Shown in pieces: positions 34,760 to 44,956 of a DNA stretch of 44,956 nucleotides. Within the stretch, counting starts at the first letter, position 1. Each line of letters starts with the position of its first letter. Source of the stretch: a virus (taxonomy: Duplodnaviria > Caudoviricetes). A program made the position numbers and the translations under genes. Location of the stretch: the IMG/VR virus record IMGVR_UViG_3300027744_000037, positions 1 to 44,956 of that record; one strand, 5' to 3'. The notes beneath the pieces were generated by a model. It ran no database searches. It saw only the letters and a program-made list of their open reading frames with translations, and was not told the DNA's origin.

Positions 34760-37700
34760 TTATGAAATGTTCATACCAAATGGTGAATCTTGTGAAATAA
34801 CAATAACATCACCACCAGTGCCTTGTGTAGTATCAGCATCAAAGTAATAAATGTCAATATTGTTGTTACTATAATCTTTCAGTCCACCATCGGAGGTCAA
34901 AGGGTATATCAATAAAGCAGTGTTCGCTAATGCTGTTAGTTTTGTATTTGGTGGAGTGAAGTTGTTTGTATACAACACATCTTTGTTGAATCTAAGATTA
35001 CTTATGTGACCATACAATCCACTTCCAATAAACCATTGTGTAGTGTTACTAATTGTTGCTGATGCTGGCACATTACTTGTTGTGGTTGCTGTTATGACAC
35101 CATCAACATACATTTTAATTGTGCCAGCATTTCTCGTAATTGCATAGTGTACCCATGTTTTATCAGGTGTAAGTGCATTACCTGCTGTGTAACCATATGC
35201 ACCATAGTTGGAATTGGTTGGGTTACATTGCTGTGCATTGAAGTGAAATCCCTCAACATAACCATAATTTCCCATTACAACATTCCATGACTGGTTGTTT
35301 GGATAAACACCACCTGTACTATTCAATGAACCTAAGTATGCTTGTGTTCCGGAACCTTGGTAATTGTAATCAATTCTTTTTGCAAAAAACTCAATTGTCC
35401 AATTACCATCTAAAGCTAATGCTGCATTATTGGCAGTATAGTAATATGGTGTTATGTCTGAGGTTGATGCACACATATAGATTGAACCTACGTTTGCATT
35501 ATTATCTCTGCTGTTGTATAGGAACACAGAGTTGTTAGATGTTTTACCACCTCTTATTGGATGTAAATCTTTCGGCAACGCAATTGTGGTCGTGCTTGGA
35601 TACACCATCAAATTGGATCTTTCAAGTGTGGTGTATCTCGCCATCTTAGATAATCTAAAATCTTGTATAGAACCACACCATCCGGTTGTGTTTGCTGAAT
35701 TTGCAAAATCGCCGCCGATGATGCAATCTGACATATTTTGATTATATGAAAGAGTATAGTTTGTAGCCAAACCTGTTCCTGTATTATAATCACCCATCAA
35801 TATCATACCTTGTTGTTGACCATTCACGTAAAGATAAAAGTTACCTGAACGGCGAACTACGGCCACATGGTCAAATCTTCCACTGGATGTGGTTGCACAC
35901 ACAATACTTGATGCTGCGGTTTGCAAAACAGATGGTGTTGTACCACCACTACTTTGGTATTTAATTTGCCATAGGCCGGTTGGTGTAACACCTATCAGTA
36001 AATTGTTTGCGTGATGATATACTGAATTACCATATGTTGCGAAAAAGTCTCTGCCACCAGATGCAGCATCCCACCATTGAGCCCAAAACTCAACAGTAAA
36101 ATCTGCATAATGAGTTGGTGTACCTAAAGTATTCCATGCACCATTACGTAAAATAATTCTTTCTTGGAATGTACTTTCTTTGTTCTGGAATTTCCAACTT
36201 GAATTTCCAAATTTTTTGGTGTTGTATGATATCATACCACCAGCAGAAGAAGGTGTCACATCGCCTTGTAAATTCAATAATGGACCATCATACATTGATT
36301 GATAGTATGTGTAGTTGTCTAAAGTCCAATTGGACGTTGGCATAGTATATGTTGCTGCATCAACATCATATCTTGCTGTTCTCGAAATACGAACTGGACC
36401 AGAACCATAGGTTGTTTGTAATTCTTGGTATGTGTATGGTTTTTGACCTTTTGTCCAAGCGGTTGCAGTTGCAGCAATTCTTTTTCCGTTGGTGTATAAA
36501 GCAAGTTTGTTTGTACCGTTTGGATTATAAACAACAGCAATATGGTTCCAACTGTGTGGTCTTATGTTAGGTACAGTACCACTTGTTGTGCCTAGTCTTT
36601 GTACGGCAGCGTTGTGTTCTGTAAACAACTGGAAGACAATATCACCCCAACTAAAATTACCTGCACCGTTCGTTAAAATCTGTAAAGACCAACCTTCACC
36701 ACCCAAAGTGTTACAGGTGGAGAATTGATATTGTCCACCAGAGACCGCCGGTTCAGCTTGGTTTATATACCAAAAGGTTTCTATGGTCCATGGAATACTC
36801 AATCGAGTCATCCAACCAAATTCTATTTTGTTACTTGTGCTTGCTGGTGCGTTTCCGAAAGCATTCCCACCATCAGACGTGGTACCTATACCGTCACCTA
36901 TAACCATTGCATCCGCATTGTACGGTGCAGGAGGATATGGGCCAGTACAACTAGTGTAAACGTTCCAACCAGTCGTAAAATCAGCCTCACTTCTTCCACC
37001 AACTGTTGTTACCAAATCATTTGTTGAGGAATCCATAACGATGCCTGCTGCAGCCGACAACAAAAACACCGTGTTTTCGGTTAATGGTAGTGGTCCGGTC
37101 GGTACAGGAATTGTTGCTGGATTTTTATTACCTTTGTTATATGGAATACCAGTGTATGGTGCATTTGGTCCAAATAAACCCGAGCATATTCTAACATCAG
37201 TGATGGATCCCAAAAAGTTTTGACCCATTGCCATGTTTGATGTTGATGCAAGTAATACTAATTTGTTTGCAGGACAACTAATTGTTTGGACCGCATAAAC
37301 TTCTTGTATTTTTTCACCATCAACATACAGTGCCAACCAGGTACCAACACGTTGTACACAGACATGATACCAAACAAAAGGTTCAATTCGGTTGTGTTGG
37401 TCTTGTAGTACACATTTACCACTAGTTTCAACAGACAACTTTCTGTGTCCCGAAATACTTATGGATATACCAGTATCAGCCCAAGTAGCTCTGGTGTCTA
37501 AAAGTATTCTTCTTACAGTAATGGCATCAGTGGCTAGTGAATCTCTGAACCAAAATTCTATACTGAATTCACCTTGTGAACTATTCCAGCCACCATCCCA
37601 AGCACCAAAGTCGAAAACGTTATTGGCTTCTGTTACCACAATTCTGTTAACTGTTCCGCCAGCAATAGTGTTAAATGCAGCTCCAGTTCTTGGGAATATA

Positions 37701-39454
37701 CTTCTCGCACCGGCCGGATCATTACTTCTCTTTTTTTGTCCAATGACACCGGCATATCCAACGTTAAGATATTGGTTGTACGGTGGTCGTGGTCTGTTTG
37801 TTCCTGTGGTTCCAACTAATAATAATGTATCAGTTGGATTATCTGTCATCGAACTATCAATAAATGATGTTGTTGATACGTCAAATGTTGATGTATATTT
37901 TGCGGCACTAGAAATTCTTAGGCCACATGCATAACCTGAGAATAGATATTGATCGTTTCTGGATGCCCATATTCTCAAATCATCTGTCTGTGAATAGTCT
38001 GTTGCAACTGTTCCTGTATATACAAGAGCACCGTTGATGTATATCTTAAATTGGCTTGCGCCTGTGCCTTCACGCACTGCGGCTACGTGATACCAACCAC
38101 CAGGATAAATTAGTCCAGTAGAGCCAGATGTTAATACATTTGGACCATCATCCCAAACTAGTTGGTATGCGGTATTTAATCTAAAATTCCAACCAAGACC
38201 ACCGGATCCAGAGTTACCACTTCCTTTACCCGCAATAGAACCGCTTCCTGATACACCGTTTTGATTTGGATTTATCCAACACTCAACGGTAAATGGATTC
38301 AAACCAAATCTTAATAGACCAGCTTGTGGTCCTGCCCAAAGATCATGTACCTTAAATGAACCTGAAGTAGTCAAGTTATAAACGCTGTGTGTTCCGTGGC
38401 CAATTTGTTTAGGAAAATGTAAATTTGGATATACACCGAAGTTGTTCCATGTGTCCATACCCCAAACGTCTTGTGTTTTAATTGCACCCGTTGCCGAACC
38501 TGCAACAGTAACGTTTGCACTTTGTATGTGTTTTGCCGGAATAGTATTGTGGTGTGGTGTTGACATAGACATGGAGAACACGCAGTTCGCATATGTCATA
38601 TCCAGTGGTGTGTTGGTATAATAAGTACCAGCATCTGTTATTGCTGTGTTACTTATTCTAATATCTGTTATTGCGCCAGCAAAGTTAGTAGTCGATGTAC
38701 CGACTCTGTCACAACCTATTCTTAATGGGTTACCTGTATCAGCAAAGTTACCTGCACTTGTTCCTGTTACTGTTGAACCATAGTATCCATTAATGTTCAC
38801 AGAAAGTTGACCTGCACCCGTACCCGATCTTTGAATAGTACAACGATACCATGTATCCATTGCCAACGCTGTTGTATTCAATGTTGATACGTTAGTCAGA
38901 CCATCATAGAAACCTAATTGGTGAGTTGTTGTTAAGTAGATTGTCCAACCCAAGCCTGCAGAGGTTCTACCGGCAACAGTACCTTTACTTATGACATAGT
39001 GTTCTACTGCTTCATTACGACATAGTTTCAACCAGAATTCAATCGTGAAGTTACCTGTACCAAAACGTTGACTTGCGGTGTCTAATACGTTATAATAAGC
39101 ATTCGGTTGAAACTGTGTTGCCCAATAAGGAAACCTTGGACCCTGAAACGACAAACTCGCTTCTGGTCTGGTTGTTGATGTTGCTCTATAGTATTCGTTC
39201 CAATTATACTTACTCTTGTCACGCATAACATCGTCAGCATAATTATTTGTTAGGTGACAAGTTACAGAACTATAATATGGATCATAGTCAACAATTTCAT
39301 CCAACCTTACTGGTGGATATTCAAGTTTGTTGGATAATTTTGCAGGATTTTTGTTGTATGCGGCGTCCTCTATACTCCATACTCCACTTTTAGAATATGG
39401 TCTTGGAGAATTAACTTGGCCAATAGTTCCTGCGTTTCTTCTGCTTCTAGACAT
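34760..39454 (-). CDS. large multi-LamG/ConA-like lectin domain protein (adhesin)
   Basis: Six repeats of (F/W)(T/S)(I/V)ExW/F ... WxHxAxxR ... YxNG ... RIS. Confidence 0.85.
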   Translation of the reverse strand: MSRSRRNAGTIGQVNSPRPYSKSGVWSIEDAAYNKNPAKLSNKLEYPPVRLDEIVDYDPYYSSVTCHLTNNYADDVMRDKSKYNWNEYYRATSTTRPEASLSFQGPRFPYWATQFQPNAYYNVLDTASQRFGTGNFTIEFWLKLCRNEAVEHYVISKGTVAGRTSAGLGWTIYLTTTHQLGFYDGLTNVSTLNTTALAMDTWYRCTIQRSGTGAGQLSVNINGYYGSTVTGTSAGNFADTGNPLRIGCDRVGTSTTNFAGAITDIRISNTAITDAGTYYTNTPLDMTYANCVFSMSMSTPHHNTIPAKHIQSANVTVAGSATGAIKTQDVWGMDTWNNFGVYPNLHFPKQIGHGTHSVYNLTTSGSFKVHDLWAGPQAGLLRFGLNPFTVECWINPNQNGVSGSGSIAGKGSGNSGSGGLGWNFRLNTAYQLVWDDGPNVLTSGSTGLIYPGGWYHVAAVREGTGASQFKIYINGALVYTGTVATDYSQTDDLRIWASRNDQYLFSGYACGLRISSAAKYTSTFDVSTTSFIDSSMTDNPTDTLLLVGTTGTNRPRPPYNQYLNVGYAGVIGQKKRSNDPAGARSIFPRTGAAFNTIAGGTVNRIVVTEANNVFDFGAWDGGWNSSQGEFSIEFWFRDSLATDAITVRRILLDTRATWADTGISISISGHRKLSVETSGKCVLQDQHNRIEPFVWYHVCVQRVGTWLALYVDGEKIQEVYAVQTISCPANKLVLLASTSNMAMGQNFLGSITDVRICSGLFGPNAPYTGIPYNKGNKNPATIPVPTGPLPLTENTVFLLSAAAGIVMDSSTNDLVTTVGGRSEADFTTGWNVYTSCTGPYPPAPYNADAMVIGDGIGTTSDGGNAFGNAPASTSNKIEFGWMTRLSIPWTIETFWYINQAEPAVSGGQYQFSTCNTLGGEGWSLQILTNGAGNFSWGDIVFQLFTEHNAAVQRLGTTSGTVPNIRPHSWNHIAVVYNPNGTNKLALYTNGKRIAATATAWTKGQKPYTYQELQTTYGSGPVRISRTARYDVDAATYTMPTSNWTLDNYTYYQSMYDGPLLNLQGDVTPSSAGGMISYNTKKFGNSSWKFQNKESTFQERIILRNGAWNTLGTPTHYADFTVEFWAQWWDAASGGRDFFATYGNSVYHHANNLLIGVTPTGLWQIKYQSSGGTTPSVLQTAASSIVCATTSSGRFDHVAVVRRSGNFYLYVNGQQQGMILMGDYNTGTGLATNYTLSYNQNMSDCIIGGDFANSANTTGWCGSIQDFRLSKMARYTTLERSNLMVYPSTTTIALPKDLHPIRGGKTSNNSVFLYNSRDNNANVGSIYMCASTSDITPYYYTANNAALALDGNWTIEFFAKRIDYNYQGSGTQAYLGSLNSTGGVYPNNQSWNVVMGNYGYVEGFHFNAQQCNPTNSNYGAYGYTAGNALTPDKTWVHYAITRNAGTIKMYVDGVITATTTSNVPASATISNTTQWFIGSGLYGHISNLRFNKDVLYTNNFTPPNTKLTALANTALLIYPLTSDGGLKDYSNNNIDIYYFDADTTQGTGGDVIVISQDSPFGMNIS

Positions 39455-39455
39455 T

Positions 39456-39812
39456 TTAAGTAATTATTTCATAAGATGATGTTATAACAATTGCTGATGC
39501 TGCACTAGCTAAGGTCCTTATATAGTCACCTTCTACAAGATAAAACGCAGTATCTTTACCAGATATGACAACTGTTGATTTATCTGGAACAGTTATTTGA
39601 TATGCAAGACTATAAGCTGCACCACTTCTCACAACTTCCACGGTTATATCGGCCGATGATGTGCTTTTGTTGGAAGCCACAAGTGTGTTTATTTTATATA
39701 CGGAACCTGATGCAGCTGCGTTTACAATTACGTTGGAGTTTGTTGTACTTGCTGTTAAAAAGGCTGTATTGCCTGTTATTGTTGATACGTTTACTATATT
39801 TGGTGCTGCCAT
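39456..39812 (-). CDS. small beta-rich 'MAAPN' protein, paralogue of 43906-44268
   Basis: Shared IVNAA.SG.VYKIN.L..SN..SAD.TV.V..G.AY.LAY.ITVP.KST, Y.(V/E)E.D..R, SYE.I. Confidence 0.85.
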   Translation of the reverse strand: MAAPNIVNVSTITGNTAFLTASTTNSNVIVNAAASGSVYKINTLVASNKSTSSADITVEVVRSGAAYSLAYQITVPDKSTVVISGKDTAFYLVEGDYIRTLASAASAIVITSSYEIIT

Positions 39813-39813
39813 T

Positions 39814-42747
39814 TTATCCTCCGAATACTATTGACATTGCAATAGATTTTCCTATTGTTGAACCTGTATTTGCTTGTGTAAAAGCACCATTAGCAAATGA
39901 TGCTGCTGAGTTGGCTGTTATGAATGATGCATTGGCTCTATCAAAGGCACCATTAGCAAATGATGCACCAGAAGTTGCTGTAGTGGTTGCTGAATTGGCT
40001 GTTACGAAAGCACCATTAGCAAAACTGGCTGCTGAGTTGGCTGTATCATATGCATTATTAGCTTGTGTTCTAACCCATGCATCAGTACCACCAGTATTTG
40101 CTTGAGCATAAGCTGCATTAGCTCTATCAAAGGCACTGTTAGCAAATGATGCACCAGAAGTTGCTGTAGTAGTTGCTGAGTTGGCTGTTGTAAAAGCAGC
40201 ATTAGCAAAAGATGCTGTGGTATTTTGTGATGCATAGGATGCATTAGCAGTTATAAATGCACCGTTAGCAAAAACTGCACCAGAATTGGCTGTATATTGT
40301 CTTGTACCGTCCGAAAATGTAATAGCAGTATCACCAGTACCTGTTACAGTAAAAACTCCATTAACTGTTGTGTTGGCATTAATAATCAATGCACCTGTTA
40401 AAGTACCACCAGTTAATGGTAATGCATTATTTGCCTTGGTGAAAGCACCATTAGCAAAAGATGCACCAGAATTGGCTGTGTCGTATGCATTATTAGCTTG
40501 TGTTCTAACCCATGCATCGGTACCACCAGTATTTGCTTGAGCATATGCAGCATTGGCTCTATCAAAGGCACCATTAGCAAATGAACCTGCTGAGTTTGCT
40601 TTATCGTATGAGTTATTAGCTTGTGTTCTAACCCACGCATCAGTACCACCAGTATTTGCTTGAGCATAAGCTGCATTGGCTCTATCAAAGGCACCATTAG
40701 CAAAACTGGCTGCTGAGTTGGCTGTATCATATGAATTGTTGGCTTGTGTTCTAACCCAAGTATCGGTACCACCAGTATTTGCCTGTGCATAAGCTGCATT
40801 AGCTCTATCAAAAGCACCATTAGCGAATGAACCGGCTGAATTTGCTGTATCATATGAATTGTTGGCTTGTGTTCTAACCCACGCATCAGTACCACCAGTA
40901 TTTGCTTGAGCATAAGCTGCATTGGCTCTATCAAAGGCACCATTAGCAAATGAACCAGCACTTGTAGCTTTACCATCGGCAGTATTGGCTGCCGTAAAAG
41001 CACCATTAGCAAATGATGCACCAGAAGTTGCTGTAGTGGTTGCTGAGTTGGCTGTTGTAAAAGCACCATTAGCAAAACTGCCAGCAGAATTTGCTGTATC
41101 ATATGCATTATTAGCTTGTATTCTTACCCATACATCCGAAGCACCTGTATTTGCCTGTGCATAAGCTGCATTAGCTCTATCAAAAGCACCATTTGCAAAT
41201 GAACCAGCACTTGTAGCTTTACCATCGGCAGTATTGGCTGCCGTAAAAGCACCATTAGCAAATGATGCAGTTGTGTTCTGTGCATCATAAGAAGCGTTAG
41301 CTCTAACAAAGGCACCATTAGCAAAAGATGCAGCTGAATTGGCTTGGTCGTAACTATTATTGGCTCTATCAAAAGCACCATTAGCAAATGATGCACCAGA
41401 ATTGGCTGTTACGAAAGCACCATTAGCAAATGAAGATCCAGAATTTGCTGTATCATATGCGGCATTGGCTCTATCAAAAGCACCATTAGCAAATGATGCA
41501 CCAGAGAGTGCATTATCATTTGCTGTATTCGCTTGAGTAAATGCAATTACTGTAGGCTGGTCAATTACAATATTTCCAACCATTCCAGAATGAACAGAAC
41601 ATTGGTACACGTAAGTTGAACCAACTATAGCGTAAGGAACTTTCCAATATAAAGTTCCAGTAATTTTTCCTTGAGCTGAAGATCCTGTGCTTAGTGTTCC
41701 ATCTGTATCTATATGGGTTAGACCCGTGTCGTAATTGGATCCTCCTGACGATACCCGAACCATAAATGGGTGGCCAGAAACATCAAGATTAAATGCAATT
41801 GTTTCACCAGCACGAATATAAATTGTTGGATTATTTCCTGAATATTGGTCAACACTATAGTACATACTAGGAGCTGTAACCAATAGCTTAGTGACAGCAC
41901 TTGTATAATTTGAATTAGCTTGGGTAAAAGCACCGTTAGCAAATGATGCACCAGAAGTTGCTGTAGTGGTTGCTGAGTTTGCCGTTACAAAGGCACCATT
42001 AGCAAATGATGCACCAGAGTTGGCTGCTAAGAAAGCACCATTAGCAAAAGAAGCACCAGAGTTGGCTGCTAAGAAAGCACCATTAGCAAAACTGGCTGCT
42101 GAATTGGCTTGTGGCCATACGTATGTGTTTGATTGGTTGAATACACCATTTGCAAAACTGCCGGCTGAGTTGGCCTTATCATATGCATTATTAGCTTGTG
42201 TCCTGGTCCATGCATCAGCTGCGTTAGCGGTATACTGCATCGAACCATCAGCAAAAGTAATTGCACTGGTACCTGTACCAACAACATTCAGATTACCACT
42301 AACTGTTAAGTTACCACCAAAAGTACCGGTTGTGTTTGCTAATGCGTTATTAGCTTTAGTGAATGCACCATTAGCAAACGATGCACCAGAGTTGGCTGTT
42401 ACAAATGCACCATTAGCAAACGATGCACCAGAGTTGGCTGTTACAAATGCACCGTTAGCAAAACTGCCAGCAGAGTTTGCTGTTACAAATGCACCATTAG
42501 CAAACGATGCACCAGAGTTGGCTGTTACAAATGCACCGTTAGCAAAACTGCCAGCAGAGTTTGCTGTATCATATGCATTGTTGGCTTGTGTAAATGCTGC
42601 AGCTGAGGCTGCTCCTGTGTTTGCCTGATTGAATGCTGCATTAGCCTGTGAGAAGGCTGCATTTGCCTGAGAATATGCGGCTGGCACCAACGATGAAAAA
42701 TCATTCGCTGAATTTAAACCTGATGGTAGTATTGTTGTGAGTGCCAT
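39814..42747 (-). CDS. Ala/Asn-rich repeat fibre protein with cupredoxin-like insert
   Basis: Many ANS(G/A)(A/G)SFANGAF repeats; HPF...YQCSVHSGM domain; C-terminal GKSIAMSIVFGG. Confidence 0.85.
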   Translation of the reverse strand: MALTTILPSGLNSANDFSSLVPAAYSQANAAFSQANAAFNQANTGAASAAAFTQANNAYDTANSAGSFANGAFVTANSGASFANGAFVTANSAGSFANGAFVTANSGASFANGAFVTANSGASFANGAFTKANNALANTTGTFGGNLTVSGNLNVVGTGTSAITFADGSMQYTANAADAWTRTQANNAYDKANSAGSFANGVFNQSNTYVWPQANSAASFANGAFLAANSGASFANGAFLAANSGASFANGAFVTANSATTTATSGASFANGAFTQANSNYTSAVTKLLVTAPSMYYSVDQYSGNNPTIYIRAGETIAFNLDVSGHPFMVRVSSGGSNYDTGLTHIDTDGTLSTGSSAQGKITGTLYWKVPYAIVGSTYVYQCSVHSGMVGNIVIDQPTVIAFTQANTANDNALSGASFANGAFDRANAAYDTANSGSSFANGAFVTANSGASFANGAFDRANNSYDQANSAASFANGAFVRANASYDAQNTTASFANGAFTAANTADGKATSAGSFANGAFDRANAAYAQANTGASDVWVRIQANNAYDTANSAGSFANGAFTTANSATTTATSGASFANGAFTAANTADGKATSAGSFANGAFDRANAAYAQANTGGTDAWVRTQANNSYDTANSAGSFANGAFDRANAAYAQANTGGTDTWVRTQANNSYDTANSAASFANGAFDRANAAYAQANTGGTDAWVRTQANNSYDKANSAGSFANGAFDRANAAYAQANTGGTDAWVRTQANNAYDTANSGASFANGAFTKANNALPLTGGTLTGALIINANTTVNGVFTVTGTGDTAITFSDGTRQYTANSGAVFANGAFITANASYASQNTTASFANAAFTTANSATTTATSGASFANSAFDRANAAYAQANTGGTDAWVRTQANNAYDTANSAASFANGAFVTANSATTTATSGASFANGAFDRANASFITANSAASFANGAFTQANTGSTIGKSIAMSIVFGG
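40460..40960 (-). repeat. about 120-bp tandem repeat (40 aa unit) inside fibre gene
   Basis: gcttgtgttctaaccc...gtaccaccagtatttgc recurs every 120 nt. Confidence 0.85.
42364..42570 (-). repeat. 42-bp tandem repeat (14 aa unit ANSGASFANGAFVT)
   Basis: gctgttacaaatgcacc(a/g)ttagcaaa recurs every 42 nt. Confidence 0.85.
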
Positions 42748-42754
42748 GGATTAT

Positions 42755-43906
42755 TTATGAAGTATACAATATATCTATGCCGTTTACGGTAGACGGCGGT
42801 TGCTTCAAATCGTTATAAAAATAAGATGTAAAACTTGGTCCAAATTGAACGTAGGTTAATCCAATTGCTGTAAAAAATGGACTTGTAATGTGACCTATGT
42901 ATAATATTTTGCTATCTTTAGTATAACAAAGTGAGTTTGTTTGACCTGTAGGTATAGTTGCCAAGCCATCTACCAAATCTTGCCAGGTGAAAGTATCAGT
43001 ACTGGAATTCACATAATATATTGCAACATAAGGAGATATATTTGTTCCTACTGCTAATACATTCCCATTAGGACTAAATTTTACTGCGTACCCGTTGCCA
43101 GTTGTACTTGGCAACGTTGATGGATTAGCTAATTTTGTAAATGTATCACCACTTCTTTTATAAATGGTAACCCGTGGTGAACTGGTGTGCGATAATGCTA
43201 GATATGTATTATCTGGACTCCAATCTACATCTGTACCACTACTTGCTGGTAAAGTTGCTGGATCCGATAATTTTGTAAATGTATCACCATCTCTTTTATA
43301 AATTGTAACAAAAGGAGTTATAGAATGTGCTACTGCCAAGTATGTTCCATCTTTACTAAAAGATACAGCACTTCCGGTACCTGTCGGTAAAGTTGCTGGA
43401 TCCGATAATTTTGTAAATGTATCACCACTTCTTTTATAAATTGTAACAAAAGGAGATGTACCATGTGCTAATGCTAGATATGTATTATCTGGACTCCAAT
43501 CTACACCTTGACAGGCAGCTGGTGGCAAGCTTGCCGGATTTGACAATTTTGTAAATGTCAAACCATCTCTTTTATAAATTGAAACAAAAGGAGTTGTATT
43601 ATGGCCAAAAGCTACATAATTTGTATTTGGACTATATTTAATATCATTACCACTATTAGTAAGAAATGTGTCATTATTTGCCATTCTATCATTAATAACT
43701 CCACCTTTATCTAATGTATATTGAGTAAAGAATGGAGCTCCAGCATGTGCCGTACCTAACACTAAAGATTGATTTGAATTTGGCCAAACCTCGTTTAAAT
43801 TATCTTGATATTGTTTACCTAGTGAGGCCATTTTAGGTGCGTTGGTAGCCGCATGTTTTGGATTCGGCTTAATTGCACCAATACCTTTAAATGGATTTGT
43901 ACTCAT
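42755..43906 (-). CDS. WD40-like beta-propeller protein
   Basis: 44-aa repeats (W/F)SPD.TYLA.AH..SP.VTIYKR.GDTFTKLS.PATLP, near-identical at DNA level. Confidence 0.88.
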   Translation of the reverse strand: MSTNPFKGIGAIKPNPKHAATNAPKMASLGKQYQDNLNEVWPNSNQSLVLGTAHAGAPFFTQYTLDKGGVINDRMANNDTFLTNSGNDIKYSPNTNYVAFGHNTTPFVSIYKRDGLTFTKLSNPASLPPAACQGVDWSPDNTYLALAHGTSPFVTIYKRSGDTFTKLSDPATLPTGTGSAVSFSKDGTYLAVAHSITPFVTIYKRDGDTFTKLSDPATLPASSGTDVDWSPDNTYLALSHTSSPRVTIYKRSGDTFTKLANPSTLPSTTGNGYAVKFSPNGNVLAVGTNISPYVAIYYVNSSTDTFTWQDLVDGLATIPTGQTNSLCYTKDSKILYIGHITSPFFTAIGLTYVQFGPSFTSYFYNDLKQPPSTVNGIDILYTS

Positions 43907-44268
43907 TAACTTATAACCTCATAAGAACAAATACCTTCTAAGTAACTATTAATGCTAGAAGTTAACCTTAAACTATCATTTTCTTCCAAATAAATTGTTA
44001 TATCTTTTGCAATAACGTTAATTGTTGATTTTGCTGGCACTGTAATTAGATATGCCAATCTGTATGCGGTTGCACCGGCTTTAAAAACATCAACAGTCAC
44101 ATCAGCACTTGCTGTACCATTTACATTTGATATGTATAGTGAATTGATTTTGTATACTTTACCACTAGAGGCCGCATTAGATACAATTGCTGTTGCAGCA
44201 GTTGTTATTGCTTGGCCTGCAACGTTTCCCGTTACTGATGTGCTTGTTAATAAATTTGGTGCTGCCAT
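43906..44268 (-). CDS. small beta-rich 'MAAPN' protein, paralogue of 39456-39812
   Basis: Same motifs as the paralogue; TAATG coupling to the propeller gene. Confidence 0.85.
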   Translation of the reverse strand: MAAPNLLTSTSVTGNVAGQAITTAATAIVSNAASSGKVYKINSLYISNVNGTASADVTVDVFKAGATAYRLAYLITVPAKSTINVIAKDITIYLEENDSLRLTSSINSYLEGICSYEVIS

Positions 44269-44269
44269 T

Positions 44270-44956
44270 TTATGCTCCGAATAGTATGCCCATAGTCATA
44301 GACTGAGCTCTTGTTGTAGAATTAGCCGTTATGAAGGCACTATTAGCAAAACTGGCTGCTGAGTTTGCTTGAGCATAGGCAGCATTGGCTGCTAAGAAAG
44401 CACCATTAGCAAATGATGCACCAGAGTTTGCCGCAGCATATGAACTATCCAATCTTGCAGCATCTGCCATGTTGAAGTAGTTTGAACTGCCATCAGTAAA
44501 TGTCCATTTACCGGTACTTTCATTCCATAACAAGTATGTGTTTGCAGATGAACCACGGTCAACTTCAACACCCGCATTGAATGCTGGTGCTGATGCTTGG
44601 TCTATTGCAGCATTTAGTGTAATGATGTTGTCTTTAATCCAAACACTTCCTGTGTTTGCAAAGACATTGTAACCAACAATAGTTAAGTTACCTGTGACAC
44701 TAACATCACCTGAAATTGTACCACCAGTTAATGGTAATGCATTATTTGCTTTTGTGAAAGCTGCATTTGCAAAAGATGCTGTTATGTTTTGTGATGTATA
44801 AGAAGCATTAGCGGTTTCAAAGGCACCATTAGCAAATGAAGCACCAGAAGTTGCTGTAGTGGTTGCTGAATTAGCTGCTGTAAAAGCACCATTAGCAAAT
44901 GATGCACCAGAAGTTGCTGTAGTGGTTGCTGAATTGGCTGCTAAGAAAGCACCATT
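44270..44956 (-). CDS. Ala/Asn-rich repeat fibre protein, 5' end outside window
   Basis: Frame is open to the window edge (229 codons): SFANGAF repeats, KDNIITLN..AGVEVDRGSS..LLWNE domain, C-terminal SMTMGILFGA. Confidence 0.88.
   Translation of the reverse strand, partial: NGAFLAANSATTTATSGASFANGAFTAANSATTTATSGASFANGAFETANASYTSQNITASFANAAFTKANNALPLTGGTISGDVSVTGNLTIVGYNVFANTGSVWIKDNIITLNAAIDQASAPAFNAGVEVDRGSSANTYLLWNESTGKWTFTDGSSNYFNMADAARLDSSYAAANSGASFANGAFLAANAAYAQANSAASFANSAFITANSTTRAQSMTMGILFGA

Noticed and set aside
1613-42628. Plus-strand and alternate-frame ORFs (e.g. 37392-37934, 40413-41108, 41966-42628)
   Set aside because: They are shadows of well-supported minus-strand genes, with no RBS or motifs; repeats explain the long open frames.
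39860-42700. CRISPR-like array
   Set aside because: The repeats are in-frame coding units with third-position variation and no unique spacers.
43080-43640. Diversity-generating retroelement template/variable repeats in the propeller gene
   Set aside because: These are internal blade duplications in frame; no reverse transcriptase is present in the window and no adenine-specific pattern was noted.

Overview
Segment of a large T4-like (Tevenvirinae-type) myophage genome with essentially all genes on the minus strand. Reading in the direction of transcription (right to left): two copies of a fibre/adaptor/adhesin gene trio; the neck, terminase, tail and head module (gp13-14-15, 16, 17, 18, 19, 20, 21, 22, 23, 3); the recombination and replication module (uvsY, uvsW, gp55, 47, 46, 45, 44, 62, regA), interspersed with accessory genes (cytidylyltransferase, 2OG oxygenase, peptide deformylase, DUF4338-like, HTH, glycosyltransferases, dNTP diphosphohydrolase, radical SAM); then hsp20, dCMP deaminase, an HExxH protein and the start of a tRNA array (Ile2, Gln, two Ser, Cys, Glu). 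The most striking signal is immediately upstream of the tRNA array (1284-1492) and is missing from the ORF track. It is a leaderless 36-codon ORF whose first 28 codons encode all 20 amino acids, wired to mutually exclusive 1:2 / 2:3 / 3:4 RNA pairings that end in an intrinsic terminator. This is a candidate general tRNA-depletion-sensing attenuator controlling phage tRNA genes. The array also carries boxA-like elements, an 8/4-fold tRNA-Ser, a structured inter-tRNA RNA and repeated promoter/palindrome cassettes. All protein calls come from motif recognition and synteny; no database search was run.
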